A stretch of 62,999 nt of DNA, filler included, from Octopus bimaculoides (taxonomy: Eukaryota), in NCBI RefSeq assembly GCF_001194135.2. It is 6 parts of 6 records of this genome, joined end to end, with 100 filler letters (N's around TTAATTAATTAA, not from the genome) between each part and the next. Parts side by side here need not be neighbours in the genome. Positions count along the whole stretch, not along the records: positions 17,177 to 41,769 come from NC_068993.1; 5 more parts are not named here. The stretch is one strand, 5' to 3'. The position numbers were made by a program, and so were the translations under genes. How positions within the stretch are numbered: position 1 is the first letter of the stretch; every line of letters begins with the position of its first letter. This document shows positions 25,163 to 37,517 of this stretch, piece by piece. The notes under the pieces are model-generated. The model saw only the letters and a list, made by a program, of their open reading frames with translations, did not search any database and was not told where the DNA came from.

Positions 25163-28100
25163 AAACAACAGCTCCCGCTACCGAAATTAACATGGCTGGC
25201 AACAAAACACCATTGAGGCTACAGTTCTGGTCTAAGAGGGCTGAATTGTAGTTCGTGCAGACGGAAGCTCAGTTTGACGTAAACATGATAACTGCCGACC
25301 AAACAAAGTACTCGCACGTTGTGGTGGCATTAGACTAAGACACGGCAACGAGGGTGCTGGACATTTTAACCCATCCCCCACCAATAAACAAATACGCCAT
25401 ATTGAAAGATAGGCTAGTGGATACATTCCGACGCAGTGAAAGAGAAGCGGCAACCAGGATACTGGAGGAGGAATTAGGTGATTCCAAGCCATCAGAACCG
25501 ATGGACAGGATGTTGGCACTAGTCCCCCCCTGGTGAGTCACCTTCCTTTTTGTTTAAAGAAGTATTCCTCCGCAAGCTGCCACCCCAGGTCCAGGCCCTC
25601 ACAACTCAGAGCGAAATCAAGGACCTGCGGCAGTTAGCAAAGGCAGCTGACAGGCATTTTTTTTTATCCAGTGGCGTCCTGGTCAACGCCATAGGGTCGG
25701 TCCCGAGACATGGTAGGGTTAAGCATGATGATCTTTGCTTCTACCATGCAAAGTTTGGTAAAAAGGCGACAAAATGTAAACAACCATGTAGCTTCAGGAC
25801 CCCTTCACCAGTAAACCAGGGAAACTCCAGGGCCGGACATCGTTGAATACCCTGGTGGCCGGCAGACATGACCAAATGCTCCTCTATGCCCGCGATCGCA
25901 GCTCCGGACGCAGGTTCCTCATCGGCACAGGAGCAGAAGTCAGCGTCATCCCGGCGTTGGCAAGGGACCTCCGTCACGGAAAGCGTAGCCAATCTTTAAC
26001 AGCCACCAACGGGTCCACAATCGAGGCATACGGTCGTCGCACCCTTTCCATCAATATCGGCCCACGAAAATACACATGGGCATTCATCATCGCCGATGTC
26101 CATCAACCCATAATCGGTGCAGACTTTCTTCGAGCACATTTGCTACTAGTGGATTTGCGGGGAAGACGACTTCTCGACAACAACACATACGCTTCCGTGC
26201 CTCTTGCAACATATGCACATGCCTATCCCCCCCCNNNNNNNNNNNNNNNNNNNNNNNNNNNNNNNNNNNNNNNNNNNNNNNNNNNNNNNNNNNNNNNNNN
26301 NNNNNNNNNNNNNNNNNNNNNNNNNNNNNNNNTAAAGGCTGAATTCGACAATATGGAGGCCTTGGGTATTGTTCGCTGATAAAACAGTCCCTGGTCATCA
26401 CTCCTGCATGTAGCCCCCAAATCCAACGGTGGTTATCGACCCTGCAGAGATTACCGCCGTCTCAATGCGGATACGACACCCGACCGCTACCCCATTTCAA
26501 ATATACAAGTTTTTTCAGCCCAGCTAGCCGGGTGCTCGGTTTTCTCCAAGGTTAACCTCATCCAGGGATACCACCAAATACCAGTACAAGACGACGATGT
26601 ACCGAAAACCGCTGTGACCACTCCTTTCGGTCTGTACGAATTCCTACGTACACCCTTTGGGCTGAAGAACGAAGCAAATCCTTCCAACGCCTGATGGACA
26701 CTGTGTGCAGAAATCTCGATTTTGTTTTCGCATACTTAGATGACATCCTCATTGCAAGCTCAAACGCAGAACTACATAAAAAGCACCTAGTGACTCTTTT
26801 TGATAGGCTAGAATGGTATAGTTTAGTAATCAACCCCGCCAAGTGCGTTTTTGATGCGACAGAAAACGACTTCTTGGGACATCGAATCACAAGTGCTGGC
26901 GCTTCACCCCTGCCAAGCAAAGTAAAAGTTATCTTATCCTTTCCACGCCCCACCACAAGCAAGGCTCTACATCAATTTGTGGGCATGGTAAACTTTTACC
27001 ATCGCTTCATCCCTTCTGCAGCAAAAGTGATGAGACCCCTGTACAAGGCACTGTCAAAAGAAGGTGCAAAAAGACAGGTGGAGTGGAATAGTACAATGAC
27101 TTCAGCCTTCGAATCCACAAAACAAGCCCTGGCCCAAGCAACCATGCTGTCCCACCCTCACATGTCAGCTCGGACTGCACTCACAGTTGACGCATCCGAC
27201 ACAGCTATTGAGGGCGTTTTAGAACAATACATCAACAGTCAGTGGCGACCACTCGCCTTCTCCAGCCGACAACTACGACCCCCTGAACAGAAATATAGTG
27301 CTTTCGACAGGGAACTACTGGCTGTCCATCTAGGTGTCCGCCACTTTCGGTATTTCCTTGAAGGCCGCACGTTTACAGTATTCACGGATCACAAACTACT
27401 CACCTTTGCTATGAGCAAGCTCTCGGAGTCTTGGTCGGCACGCCAACAACGACAGCTATCGGCAATTTCTGAGTACACCACAGACATACAATACATAGCC
27501 GGCAAGGGCAACCCAGTTGCTGACGCACTCTCTCATGCTCCTACCCGCTCTCACACCTACCTAGCACCAATAACAGAAGGCTTGGATTACGAAGCTATGG
27601 CTGTAACCCAACAGACAGATGAGATCAGGGCCTACCGCACTGCCATCACATCACTTACTTTGCAGGATGTACATTTTGGCTCTAACGGCACAACCCTACT
27701 GTGTGATGGATCCACTGGCAAGCCACGACCAGTCCTCCCGACATCCTGGCGCAAGAAAGTTTTCGATATCATTCATGGACTCTCTCACCCAGGTACTAAA
27801 GCCACACGCGGCTGCTGTCAAGCAAATTTATCTGACACGGCATGGCCAAGCAAATCGGGGACTGGACCAGGTCCCGCTTCTCCTGTCAACAAGCCAGCGT
27901 CCATCAACACACTAAAGCAACCAGACTTAACGGGCCAAATTGGATCGACCAACTCCCATGGGTAATGCTNNNNNNNNNNNNNNNNNNNNNNNNNNNNNNN
28001 NNNNNNNNNNNNNNNNNNNNNNNNNNNNNNNNNNNNNNNNNNNNNNNNGTAATGCTGGGAATCCGCACTGCCCCAAATGAAAATCTCAGTACTTCCTCCG

Positions 28101-28607
28101 CAGAAATGGCGTACAGTGCCAGGAGAGTTCCTTCCGAATACGAATCCAGACCCTGATGTCAAAAGGTACCTCGCTCAACTAAGAGACAGCGTGGGCCAGT
28201 TGCGCCCTGTTCCCATGTCGACACACGGTACACCCAGATCATCCGTACCAAATGACCTCCGCACAGCTAACTTTGTGTTTGTTCGACGTGACATACGACG
28301 AAGACCCCTCCAGTCACCCTACGACGGTCCATATCAAGTCATACACCCGGGAGATAAAACATTCCAACTCCTAATTGGTGGACGACAAGACAATCTCAAT
28401 CGATAGATTGAAACCGGCCCATCTTGATATTGACAGCCCCGTCCAGGTGGCCCAACCACCAAACAGGGGCCGTCCTGGACAGATCACACCAACCCATGAC
28501 AAGGAACAATCACCAAAGAATCGAGTAACCACACGCAGGGGTAGGACAATTAAAACGCCACCCCGTTTCTAGTGACAGTCTACAGTTCTGGTGGGAGTGG
28601 GGAGCTA

Positions 28608-28871
28608 TGTAGAGTAGGATTTGTGGCAGACGAACTCTAGACAGATACTTCGCTGCGGGCTAGCTAGGAAGTTGGTCAGTAGGGAAAAAGAGAACTTCCA
28701 GGCGGAGAACGATAACAAAAGAATGATAGCAGCGTGCGTGAAACGAATCTGTGGGAACTATACAAAAATAACTGACGGCTTAAGCCCTAGTGTACCTAAA
28801 GTAATAAACCTTTAGTAAATGCATACTCATCTCCACTCGTTTGTTTGCGTATAGCTTAACAAAGCTATACA
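28608..28871 (+). repeat. 3' LTR
   Basis: TG...CA termini, preceded by the polypurine tract ggtgggagtggggagc. Confidence 0.93.
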
Positions 28872-29720
28872 CATTAGAATATATCATTTTAACAATGCAG
28901 GAGTAATATGAAATCGATTTCAGATTAACGGGGGCGAGACAACAAAAACCAAAATGTATCATGTTCTAACGAGGGCGTCTCTGTGATATTCAAAATGTTA
29001 AAAATAAAAGCCAAATTCCACTTCGAATCACATCGTCAAAATTTTTTATTTGATAAAATAGATGCCCCACATCATTTCTAAGGGCGCTGTGAAAAAAAAT
29101 TGGAAAAATTCCCGTCAAAACGGAGAAAATTCAACATATGTGGATATGCTGATTCGAAACTTCACCAGAATATTAAACTGAATCATAAATACGATGGGTT
29201 TTGGGTAAAAGAAAACACAGGAGGATCAGTTAATTATGATTTTTTTCAAGGTGTTCTGCTCACAGATTCACACCCTCATTGCAGCGGTCCTTCAGTTTTT
29301 GTAAACCCTGTAAAAGAACTCGGAAGGCTGGGACTCTAACCAGGCCTTTCGCGACACCCCTAAAGGTAGGAACTGTTCAGCACTCCTTTGTTTTTAACAG
29401 GTACTGGTAATTTAATCGATGTGATAAAATGTCAAAGTTTAACATATGAATGTAACATATGTACACACACACAAACACACACGGATTGTTAATTAGAAAT
29501 AATTGACAGACTGCTGTCGTTATACGAAAATTATCTGTAATTGTTGTCGACTAATTGACGGACTATTTGCCAAGAAGGCTCATCTCAGATGTCACAAAAA
29601 AAAAAAACAAAAACAAAACAATACCACTCTCCGTTTCATTCTCTCACACAAAACTTTCTATTGTAGTTTTTGTTAATTTTCTTAATGGTGATGACGTCTA
29701 TGTTCGTTTGTATGCATGTT

Positions 29721-30417
29721 CGGTGGAATTCTGGTTTTAACCACCTCTTGTAATCTCTCATAATTTTTTCTAGTTTTTGGAATTTTCAGAAATATTTTGT
29801 GAATTTGTGTTCTAGATACGGTAATTCATACGCTGATGCAATTTCTTTTTCAATTTTAAAAAATTCTCCCATCCCATAAATCCTAGAATTACCACTCTTT
29901 TTCAAATTTTAAAAAATATATCGGAGTTTAAAATACGGACAGTCCGAATCTGTCATTTGTTTCTGTTTACAATTTCAAAATAATTTTTGAAATCCAAATT
30001 CAATAAGTTAAAACTATTCGCACGGCCTATTATGGATTGTGGATCGAGGCATACCATGTAACCGGCTATAACTTTTTTACTTTTGGGCATTTTCGGAAAA
30101 TTTAGGCATATATGTGTTTCGATCACGCAGCTCTATGCAAAATAAATAAATTGGATTAAAATATTTTCACCCCACCATACCATAAATCCTTACGGATGCT
30201 CAAATTAGATTTAACCCGTATAGATCACATACGTATTGGGGAGCATGAGGTCATTGCTGGGATTTATCCACAGTGATTTAGGATTTAGGGGGCGATGGCG
30301 GGGTTTTGCGTGAATTTCCATGCGTAGAACACAATTTTGCAAAAGTATTCTGAAAATTCCAAAAAATAAAAAACGTTATGAGGGGTTATATGGATTGCTT
30401 AAACCAGAATTTCGCCG
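29721..30417. mobile_element. Non-autonomous DNA transposon with ~110-bp degenerate terminal inverted repeats
   Basis: Left end cggtggaattctggtttt...tttttggaattttcaga...ttgtgttcta matches the reverse complement of 30305-30417. TA follows the right end and no ORF is present. Confidence 0.7.
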
Positions 30418-31297
30418 TACGTTCTCTTTCTCTTTTTAATTTAGAGTACATTTTGACCAGCCACATACTTGGTAGTAAAGTTGTAAAGAAAAGCTCCTTG
30501 TTTTGTTCACCATCCGTTAAATCGTAAGAAGGTCTTGCAGATATTTGTAGTCTCAGATATCGCGATCATTTGTAGCCTATGAATTAAAGATTTGCCTTCT
30601 CACCCCAAGATCTCAGGTTCAGCGATACTTTGCTCCCGACGGGTTGGTATGAATCTTGTTGCTCCAATGATAATAAGTATAAAGCTGAAAGTGTATCTTG
30701 GGTACTGGATTTACGAACTTCTTATCAATGGTCCATAGATGTCCTTTTTCTCTTGTATTTTTCTATCCACACAAACATACACCACGTACACACGATTAAA
30801 CTTGTATGTCTACTTAAATGCATAAATGTACTGAAATGTACACACAAAAGCACCAATATTATTTTGACGCGTTGGTCTCAATCTGATTAACTTCCTCTGT
30901 TTTCTTTCTTGTTTTCCTGCTCTAGCCGCCGCGTCACACACGCATACACATATTTATACAAGCGAAAACTATATTAATTTTGAAAAAGTAGAAAAGAAAT
31001 ACCTAAACAGTCGCCTTGTTAAGACTGCATTCCAACCTAATTAGTTAATTGTCTAATTAGTTGATTAATTGGCTGTCGTCAATATTAAGTCATTTACATT
31101 TATATGTTGAGTCTCTGTCTAATACATTAAAATGAGCAAATGTGTTTCGGAGTGAGAGATAGAAAGAGTGTATGTATGTACGAGTATCTATGCATGTAGT
31201 GAGAATTTACGAAAAAAAATAAAAAAATCAAAAGACGAAGACGGGTGTGTAAACAACAAACAGATGTATTAGTTTAACGTTCGGGAAGTGAGAAAGT

Positions 31298-31333
31298 CTT
31301 TTACGTTTCGAGCCTACGTTCTTCGACAGAAAA
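31298..31333 (-). ncRNA. Hammerhead-like motif with A6U core (second copy of the 11185 family)
   Basis: Minus strand reads tttt-CTGTCGA-a-GAAC(gtag)GCTC-GAAA-CG-TA-aaag, with one stem II mismatch. The flanks are homologous to 11120-11300. Confidence 0.55.
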
Positions 31334-32699
31334 GAACACAGAAATAAACAGGGAGAGAAAATAGAAAAGGTTTAGTGGCTAGCGATTTATCATGGCGAAT
31401 GCCGGACAAAGGGGTCATACAGGAGAGCTAGGAAGAAGGGGAGATAATAAAGTACTGGTGATCCCAAAACGAAGGTGCGCGTGCGTGTGTATGTGAGAGT
31501 GTGTANNNNNNNNNNNNNNNNNNNNNNNNNNNNNNNNNNNNNNNNNNNNNNNNNNNNNNNNNNNNNNNNNNNNNNNNNNNNNNNNNNNNNNNNNNNNNNN
31601 NNNNNNNNNNNNNNNNNNNNNNNNNNNNNNNNNNNNNNNNNNNNNNNNNNNNNNNNNNNNNNNNNNNNNNNNNNNNNNNNNNNNNNNNNNNNNNNNNNNN
31701 NNNNNNNNNNNNNNNNNNNNNNNNNNNNNNNNNNNNNNNNNNNNNNNNNNNNNNNNNNNNNNNNNNNNNNNNNNNNNNNNNNNNNNNNNNNNNNNNNNNN
31801 NNNNNNNNNNNNNNNNNNNNNNNNTGGGATGTATAGGGATGGCGTTGGAATGTGTAGGGGTGGGGTAACGAGGGAGGGGTGACGATGAAGGGAGAGGGTG
31901 AAAAGGAGAGGGTGAAAGGGAGAAGGTATATGTATGTTTGTATTGGAATGTCTGTGTGTATGTGTTACGTGTATATATGCTTGTGTGTACCCATGGTTAT
32001 ATCTATATATCAACATGCATTTGAATCAATGCGTGCACTTTGTAGGCGTCTTGTGTGTGCATGTCTGTATTGTGATGGCTATCTGTATGAGACAGAGAAA
32101 TGGAGAGAGTACGAGAGGGGGAAAGAATGAGGGAGAGAGAGAAAATAGATAAGCGACAGAAAAACAAAGACGTGAGAAATAAGGAATGAGAGTGCGAGTG
32201 AAAATTAGACCCTTAGAAGAGACACAAAGACGGAGGAAGGGTGAGAATGAAACAGCAAGAGAGAAAAAGAGAAAAGTGATAGGACAGATTGACAAAACAA
32301 GATAACGAAGGAGAACAAAAATAGAGAATGAGAACGGATAGGAGGACACTGAAAGGGAGAGACAGGGAGAGATAAGAAGACAGAGAAAAAGAAAGAAAGA
32401 GAGAGAAAGAGTGAATTCACTTTCATATTGTTTGTCTTCCTAATGAGGTAGAAATTCCTGACTATTACCATATAAATATTTCATAAACAGCGAAGACATT
32501 TCAATTCAGAACTGAAAATATTTCTAGCCTTAAACATTCACAATTGTTATTCAACAGGAGTATTCTGGAACCACCACATCACCAGCTTCTACCCTATTTG
32601 ACTTCGATTTCGATCTCATTGTTAAGCACATCTACAATAGCTTGTAAATTGGTAAACAGAAGTTGTATAAAAGCTCGTCTGAGGGACCGTTCTTGTTTT

Positions 32700-32858
32700 C
32701 GGGTGGTGGTTAGTGTTCAACTGGTGCTTATTTTACCGACCCAGAAAAGATGAAAGGCAAAGTCGACCTTGGTGGCATTTGCACTCACCACATAAAGACG
32801 GACGAAATGCTGCTAAGCATTTTGCCTTGCGTACTAACGACTCTGCCAGTTCGTCACC
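32700..32858 (-). mobile_element. tRNA-derived SINE (family B), diverged
   Basis: Contains gatgaaaggcaaagtcgacc...gaaatgctgctaagcattt, shared with 49451-49658. Confidence 0.7.
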
Positions 32859-33639
32859 TTTGAGTGTATGTGTAACATCGGTGTCACATAATTACTGTAT
32901 GTGCTTTGTTTATGTGTTCATTAGTTGCAGGATAGCAACAGAGTGAAAAGTCCATCCCATCGCCAATTCCCATTCAGAAGTATTTGTGCTTTTGTTCCTT
33001 GCTTGTGGGAGTGTCCTAAGCTCCATGCTATTTTGTTTATTGTAAAATAGCACACATTGACTCTATACCGCTCCAGCATCTCTTCTGAGCTACTTTTCAT
33101 TGTGCTGAAGTTTATACTGGCGGAGTTAAGGATATGAATCTGGCAGGTCGTTTCCGGTAATGGATGGGTAGGTTGGGTTAATTGCTGTTTCATTTTAGAC
33201 GAAAAAGAAGTGGGTTTTCCAGTGGTCGAATAGGTTGATGTTTATTTTCTGTATCCGGAATAAAGAAGTTTGTGCATCCGCCTGGTAACGTTGACGGGTG
33301 AACGTTCTCGTACAAGATCAATTAGCTTCACCTTTCATTGATTTGCAACTTATTTCCCTGTCCGACAATGGTTATTAATAACGCGTTGGGTGTTAATCCT
33401 TGTTACACTTGTTTTAAGGATTTGTTTGAAAATGAAGCTGTTGTTATATATATATATAATAGAAATATGTTACAAAAACAAAATAGAAACTACACGTGGA
33501 AATGTAAGGGGAAAGTAGGGAGAAAAATAAGCGAAAATGCACATTGGAAATAAAAAAAAGTAAAGGCTTTTTTATGAAAACTAACGATAGATATATACAA
33601 TTAGATGAACTGAGGTAGGAATAAAAGTAATAGAAGTCA

Positions 33640-36090
33640 TTATTGTGAGTTGTTAGAGAGATTCAAAAGCATACCGGTTTCGTAATGTTACTAATCATTG
33701 CTTTGAATGCACACCGAATACTGAACGGTGTCAGGTCTACTAGTCCCTGAGTAAAAAGATTACGTGTAAGGGAGGTAAGTAGTTCTGGATTTGGTGCAAT
33801 TAGGGTAGATCTATATCTGTAATGTGAATGGTGTATGGGATGTATGGGGGTTAGTGGTATTAAATGAAAGGTTAATAGTGGTCTATATTATGTTATGTGT
33901 TCATATTTAGTTGTGGAAGATATTTGTTGATGAAAGTTGCCTCTTTATTCATTCTTTGTTGTATTGAGGTGTTCTGTGAACATTGATAGAAGGGAAAAAT
34001 TAGGAAATTAGGATTAAGATTCCTCGCACACCTTTCTATGTGTCCACTGACCTGTATCTGTCTGTATTGTGGGAGGCGGATTTGTTCTTTGTGGAGAGTG
34101 GTTCTTCTACGGAGTGATATTCCTGTTTGGCCAATATAGTTATTACCACACCCTAAGCATGTAATGGTATAGATGAAATTTTCTGAGGCACAGGTGAAAT
34201 TTGATTTAATCTTAAATATTTCACCTTGTTTAAAGTGGAACTCTGAACCTTCCAAAAGGTGGGGGCAAGTACCACAGATAGGTCGACCACGTTTTTTCAC
34301 TTTTGGTTTTGTTAATGGATACAGTCTTGCGCTGGTTAATATTTTTTTCAATGATTTAGGTTGCATTTTACTTTTGATAATTTTGTGTGTCTAAAATTTT
34401 GTTCATTGTTTTATCTCTTGTGAGGATGGGTAGATTTTGGATGATAACGTTAAACACTTCGTCGTTTCTAGGGTTATGTGTGGAGATGTATGGGAGTATT
34501 TTTAAGTCTGGTTTTGTATTTCGGTTGACTTCCTTTAATATTCGTATGTCTATTTCCTTAGCTCGTTTAATTCCATCATTTATTAAAGATATTGGGTAAT
34601 GTCTTTTGATTAGTATTGATCTGAGTTCAAGAAGTCTTCGTTCAAGAGTATAGGTGTCCGAAATTATGGTACAAATTCTTTTCGCTAGATTATAAGGTAT
34701 ATTAATTTTTATGTGTTTGGGGTGGCATGACTTGAATAATAGGTATTGTTTAGAATCTGTGGGTTTATAGAAGATGTCTGTTTCGATGTGATTATTGACT
34801 ATTTTAATTAGGATGTCAAGAAAAGGGAGTTGTTTACTGCTGTGTTTCATGGTGAATTGTATGTTGCTATTAATATTGTTAAGCATTATTTTGAAATCGA
34901 GGAGTTTGTCCATGCTGTCTTGCCAAAGTATAAAGCAATCGTCCAGATACCTCTTCCAGTTCTCCTTTAAATAGCAATGAAAAGAGTTGCCATATTTTTG
35001 TAGTGATGATTGATATATTTTAAGCTCTAGGTAACCCATTACAAGGTTCGCAATCACTGGCGCAGCTCGGGTTCCCATTGCAATTCCACATTTTTGTCGA
35101 TAGTAAGCTGTATCGAACATGAAATAGTTGTTCAATAGGATGAATTTGAGTGCTGCGATTATGAATCTGTGGTTGATACGTCCTGGGATCTCTTGTGGGT
35201 ATTTTTCTAGCCAGAAGGTGATCGCTTCTATACCATAATCGTGTGGGATATTGGTGTACAAATTCACCACATCGAATGATACTAACAGGGTTCCTTCATT
35301 TATTGTCTTCGGGAGGTGATTAAGCATGTCTAAGTCATCCCTGATGAAGCTTTTCATATATTTTAGAAACGGTTTGAGTAAGATGTCGAGGAAGTTGCTC
35401 AAACGGTGGATTTCACAAGCAATGATGGGTCTCAGTTTGAGGTCAGTAGGGGGAGGAACATTAATGCATAGGCTTGGAGAAACTTTACAAGCTTTACAAA
35501 CATGGATTTTTGTGTATTTTAGGTAATCCATAGAATAGACTAGGTCTGTATTTAAAATTGGATAGTCAATTTCATGTTTAGTGAGGCCCTTTCCATGTAT
35601 TTGAAGTAAAGAGGATGAGTTTTTAAGTGTCTTCTGTGGGTTGTATTGTACTATCATCTCATAGTAAATATTATTTTCCAACATGGAGAGTATTAACTTT
35701 TTGTAGTACTCTGTGTCCATCACCACTACCGCACTTCCTTTGTCGGCTTCTTTAATGGTGAGGTTTGTATCATTTTTTAACTCGATTAGGTCTTTCCATT
35801 CATTTACATTAAGGTTGGATTTAATTCATTGTTTTTGTGGGGTATTAAAAAGAAAACTGGTAATGTGCTCACAAAAAGCATCAAGTGCTTTATTTCTGCT
35901 TTTGTAGGACAGTATTCACTTTTGTTTTTTTCACTATTGACTCATCTTCGCTGGTGTAGTTGTGAAGAGCTTCTGTGAGGCGTAATTTTCAGCAGAAATC
36001 CATAGTGTTATCCTTAATTTCATTCGGGTTCGATCTGCGAGGGGTTGGAGTAAACTTTAAACCTCTAAAGGTTATGAAGGGTATTGGAGT
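33640..36090 (-). mobile_element. Penelope-like element (Neptune-type): RT plus C-terminal GIY-YIG, frameshifted and 5'-truncated
   Basis: Motifs include GLKFTPTP, IKEADKGSAVVVMD, an out-of-frame FYGLPKIHK, SFDVVNLYTNIP, GIAMGTRAAP, RYLDD, LPFLD and YKPTD. The endonuclease reads CGTC...FIYTITCLGCGNNYIGQT. RT and endonuclease are separated by a single frameshift near 34385. The clade name is an inference from the Cys pattern. Confidence 0.92.
33661..33708 (-). ncRNA. Decayed hammerhead motif in the PLE 3' region
   Basis: Minus strand reads attcaaagca-ATGATTA-GTA(acat)TAC-GAAA-CCGG-TA-tgcttttgaat. Stem I has 10 bp and stem III is palindromic, but the core has two substitutions. It lies about 185 nt after the PLE stop codon. 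Confidence 0.55.
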
Positions 36091-36241
36091 CAACCAAACC
36101 CTAAAGATACTGGTAATACCGAGTAAGTGCTGTATACCTACTAGTTATGCCCCTGACGTGGTTGCAACATGAGTGGGGAATATAACATGGGTCGTGTATT
36201 AGCGTGTGTATATGTAAAGAAAGAATAAGATAAAGAGACCA

Positions 36242-37517
36242 ATGGCAAGGTTGACAGTTACAATCTGCCCGCTGCAAACGCATTGCGTAAGATATAACGT
36301 AATATATAAATGCACTGTAACCAATCTGCTACATAACTCTACAGCTGAATACATAGGTTCAACTAAAAATTTCAAGCAACGCTATGCAGCTCACCTTCAC
36401 TCTTTTAGATATGACAAACACAGCAAATCTACAACACTAGCCAACCACATACACCACCTCAAAAACACAAATACCCAGTATACTTTAACATGGTCCATTC
36501 TCGACTCTGGAATTCCATACCAAGGCCAGCGCTGTAATTGCAAGTTTTGCTTGAAGGAGGCGTTCCATATTTTAAAATACAATTATCCCACTCTACTTAA
36601 TCGATATAACGAAGCACTTAGCACCTGTAATCACGTTTCTTCCATACAGTCAAATTCTATCACAGACACAAATGCACAAATGACCACACAACGCACTCCC
36701 ACAACTCCCCATAAGGAACCACAACCAACTCGAGTTAGCAAATAGGTCCCCCTTCTACCATCTTCAAAATAGGTATTAACTCCTTTTTTAGAATATTATC
36801 ACTACTAACTATATTATCACAACGAACTCTATTCTCTTATTTTGCTTCCTTCCTTTAATACTATTCTCCAAATGCCACCAACACCATCACCACCTACAGG
36901 TTCCTTCATATCCTGACACTGTACACAATTATAAATACTTCTCCACATTACCTCTCCACACTCCTTTTCTCTACATATCCATTTCTTTACTAAGCTTATA
37001 CTTCCACCTCCATATTCTTCCCTTTGCTCTCTCTCCTTCTTCCTTCCTTCCTGTCAGTATAACTGACCTAACGATCGCGTACTACGACCAACCGTATCTC
37101 CAATTACTTCATCCTCCCTTCCTTCCTGTCTTAAGGCTTGACCTCTTAATCCTACACACATCTCTCACTCGATTCGGACTATCCTTTGAGTAAACAACGC
37201 ACAGAGTATACTGGATATGATATGATATATATCCACCTTTGCAACTACAATTATCTCCGGAAAATACCCACAAGGATTCTTTACATGGATGTCTACTGTT
37301 GGAATGGAACTATACTCCAAGTACTTTTTCTTCTTTGTTCTTTCTTCCACGCATCGCTCTCACTTCTTACTACATATCTCCTCTTATAGATGTAATAATC
37401 CATTCTTCTACTATTACCGTCTCCGATGAAGGGACACATTGGATTTTCCCTGAAACAGCTGTAAGACTTTATACATAAAATATAATTCAACCATGCCATT
37501 GGTCTCTTTATCTTATT
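36242..37517 (+). mobile_element. 3' fragment of a second, different Penelope-like element (GIY-YIG endonuclease, pyrimidine-rich 3' region, hammerhead)
   Basis: ORF 36242-36745 has VIYKCTV...EYIGST..FKQRYAAHLHSFR...TLANHI...WSIL...CKFCLKE...LLNR..E..STCNH. No RT is present. Confidence 0.8.
37419..37467 (+). ncRNA. Minimal type-I hammerhead ribozyme motif with CCGAUGA core
   Basis: GTCT-CCGATGA-AGGGA(cacattggattt)TCCCT-GAAA-CAGCTG-TA-AGAC. All stems pair perfectly and the GUA site lies after 37463. It is in the same sense as the upstream GIY-YIG ORF. Confidence 0.75.

Larger units (their letters stand above)
24881..28871 (+). mobile_element. Ty3/Gypsy LTR retrotransposon (gag-pro-RT-RNaseH-INT), defective
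   Basis: Two ~263-bp LTRs, a PBS and a PPT are present. Gag has CFYHAKFGKKATKCKQPC, protease FLIGTGAEVSVI, RT YLDDILI, RNase H LTVDASD/ELLAV/TDHK and the INT zinc finger HGLSHPG. Stops and frameshifts occur throughout. Confidence 0.95.

Noticed and set aside
24877-28875. Target-site duplication of the Gypsy element
   Set aside because: The flanks cacg and catt share only two bases, so no TSD is claimed.
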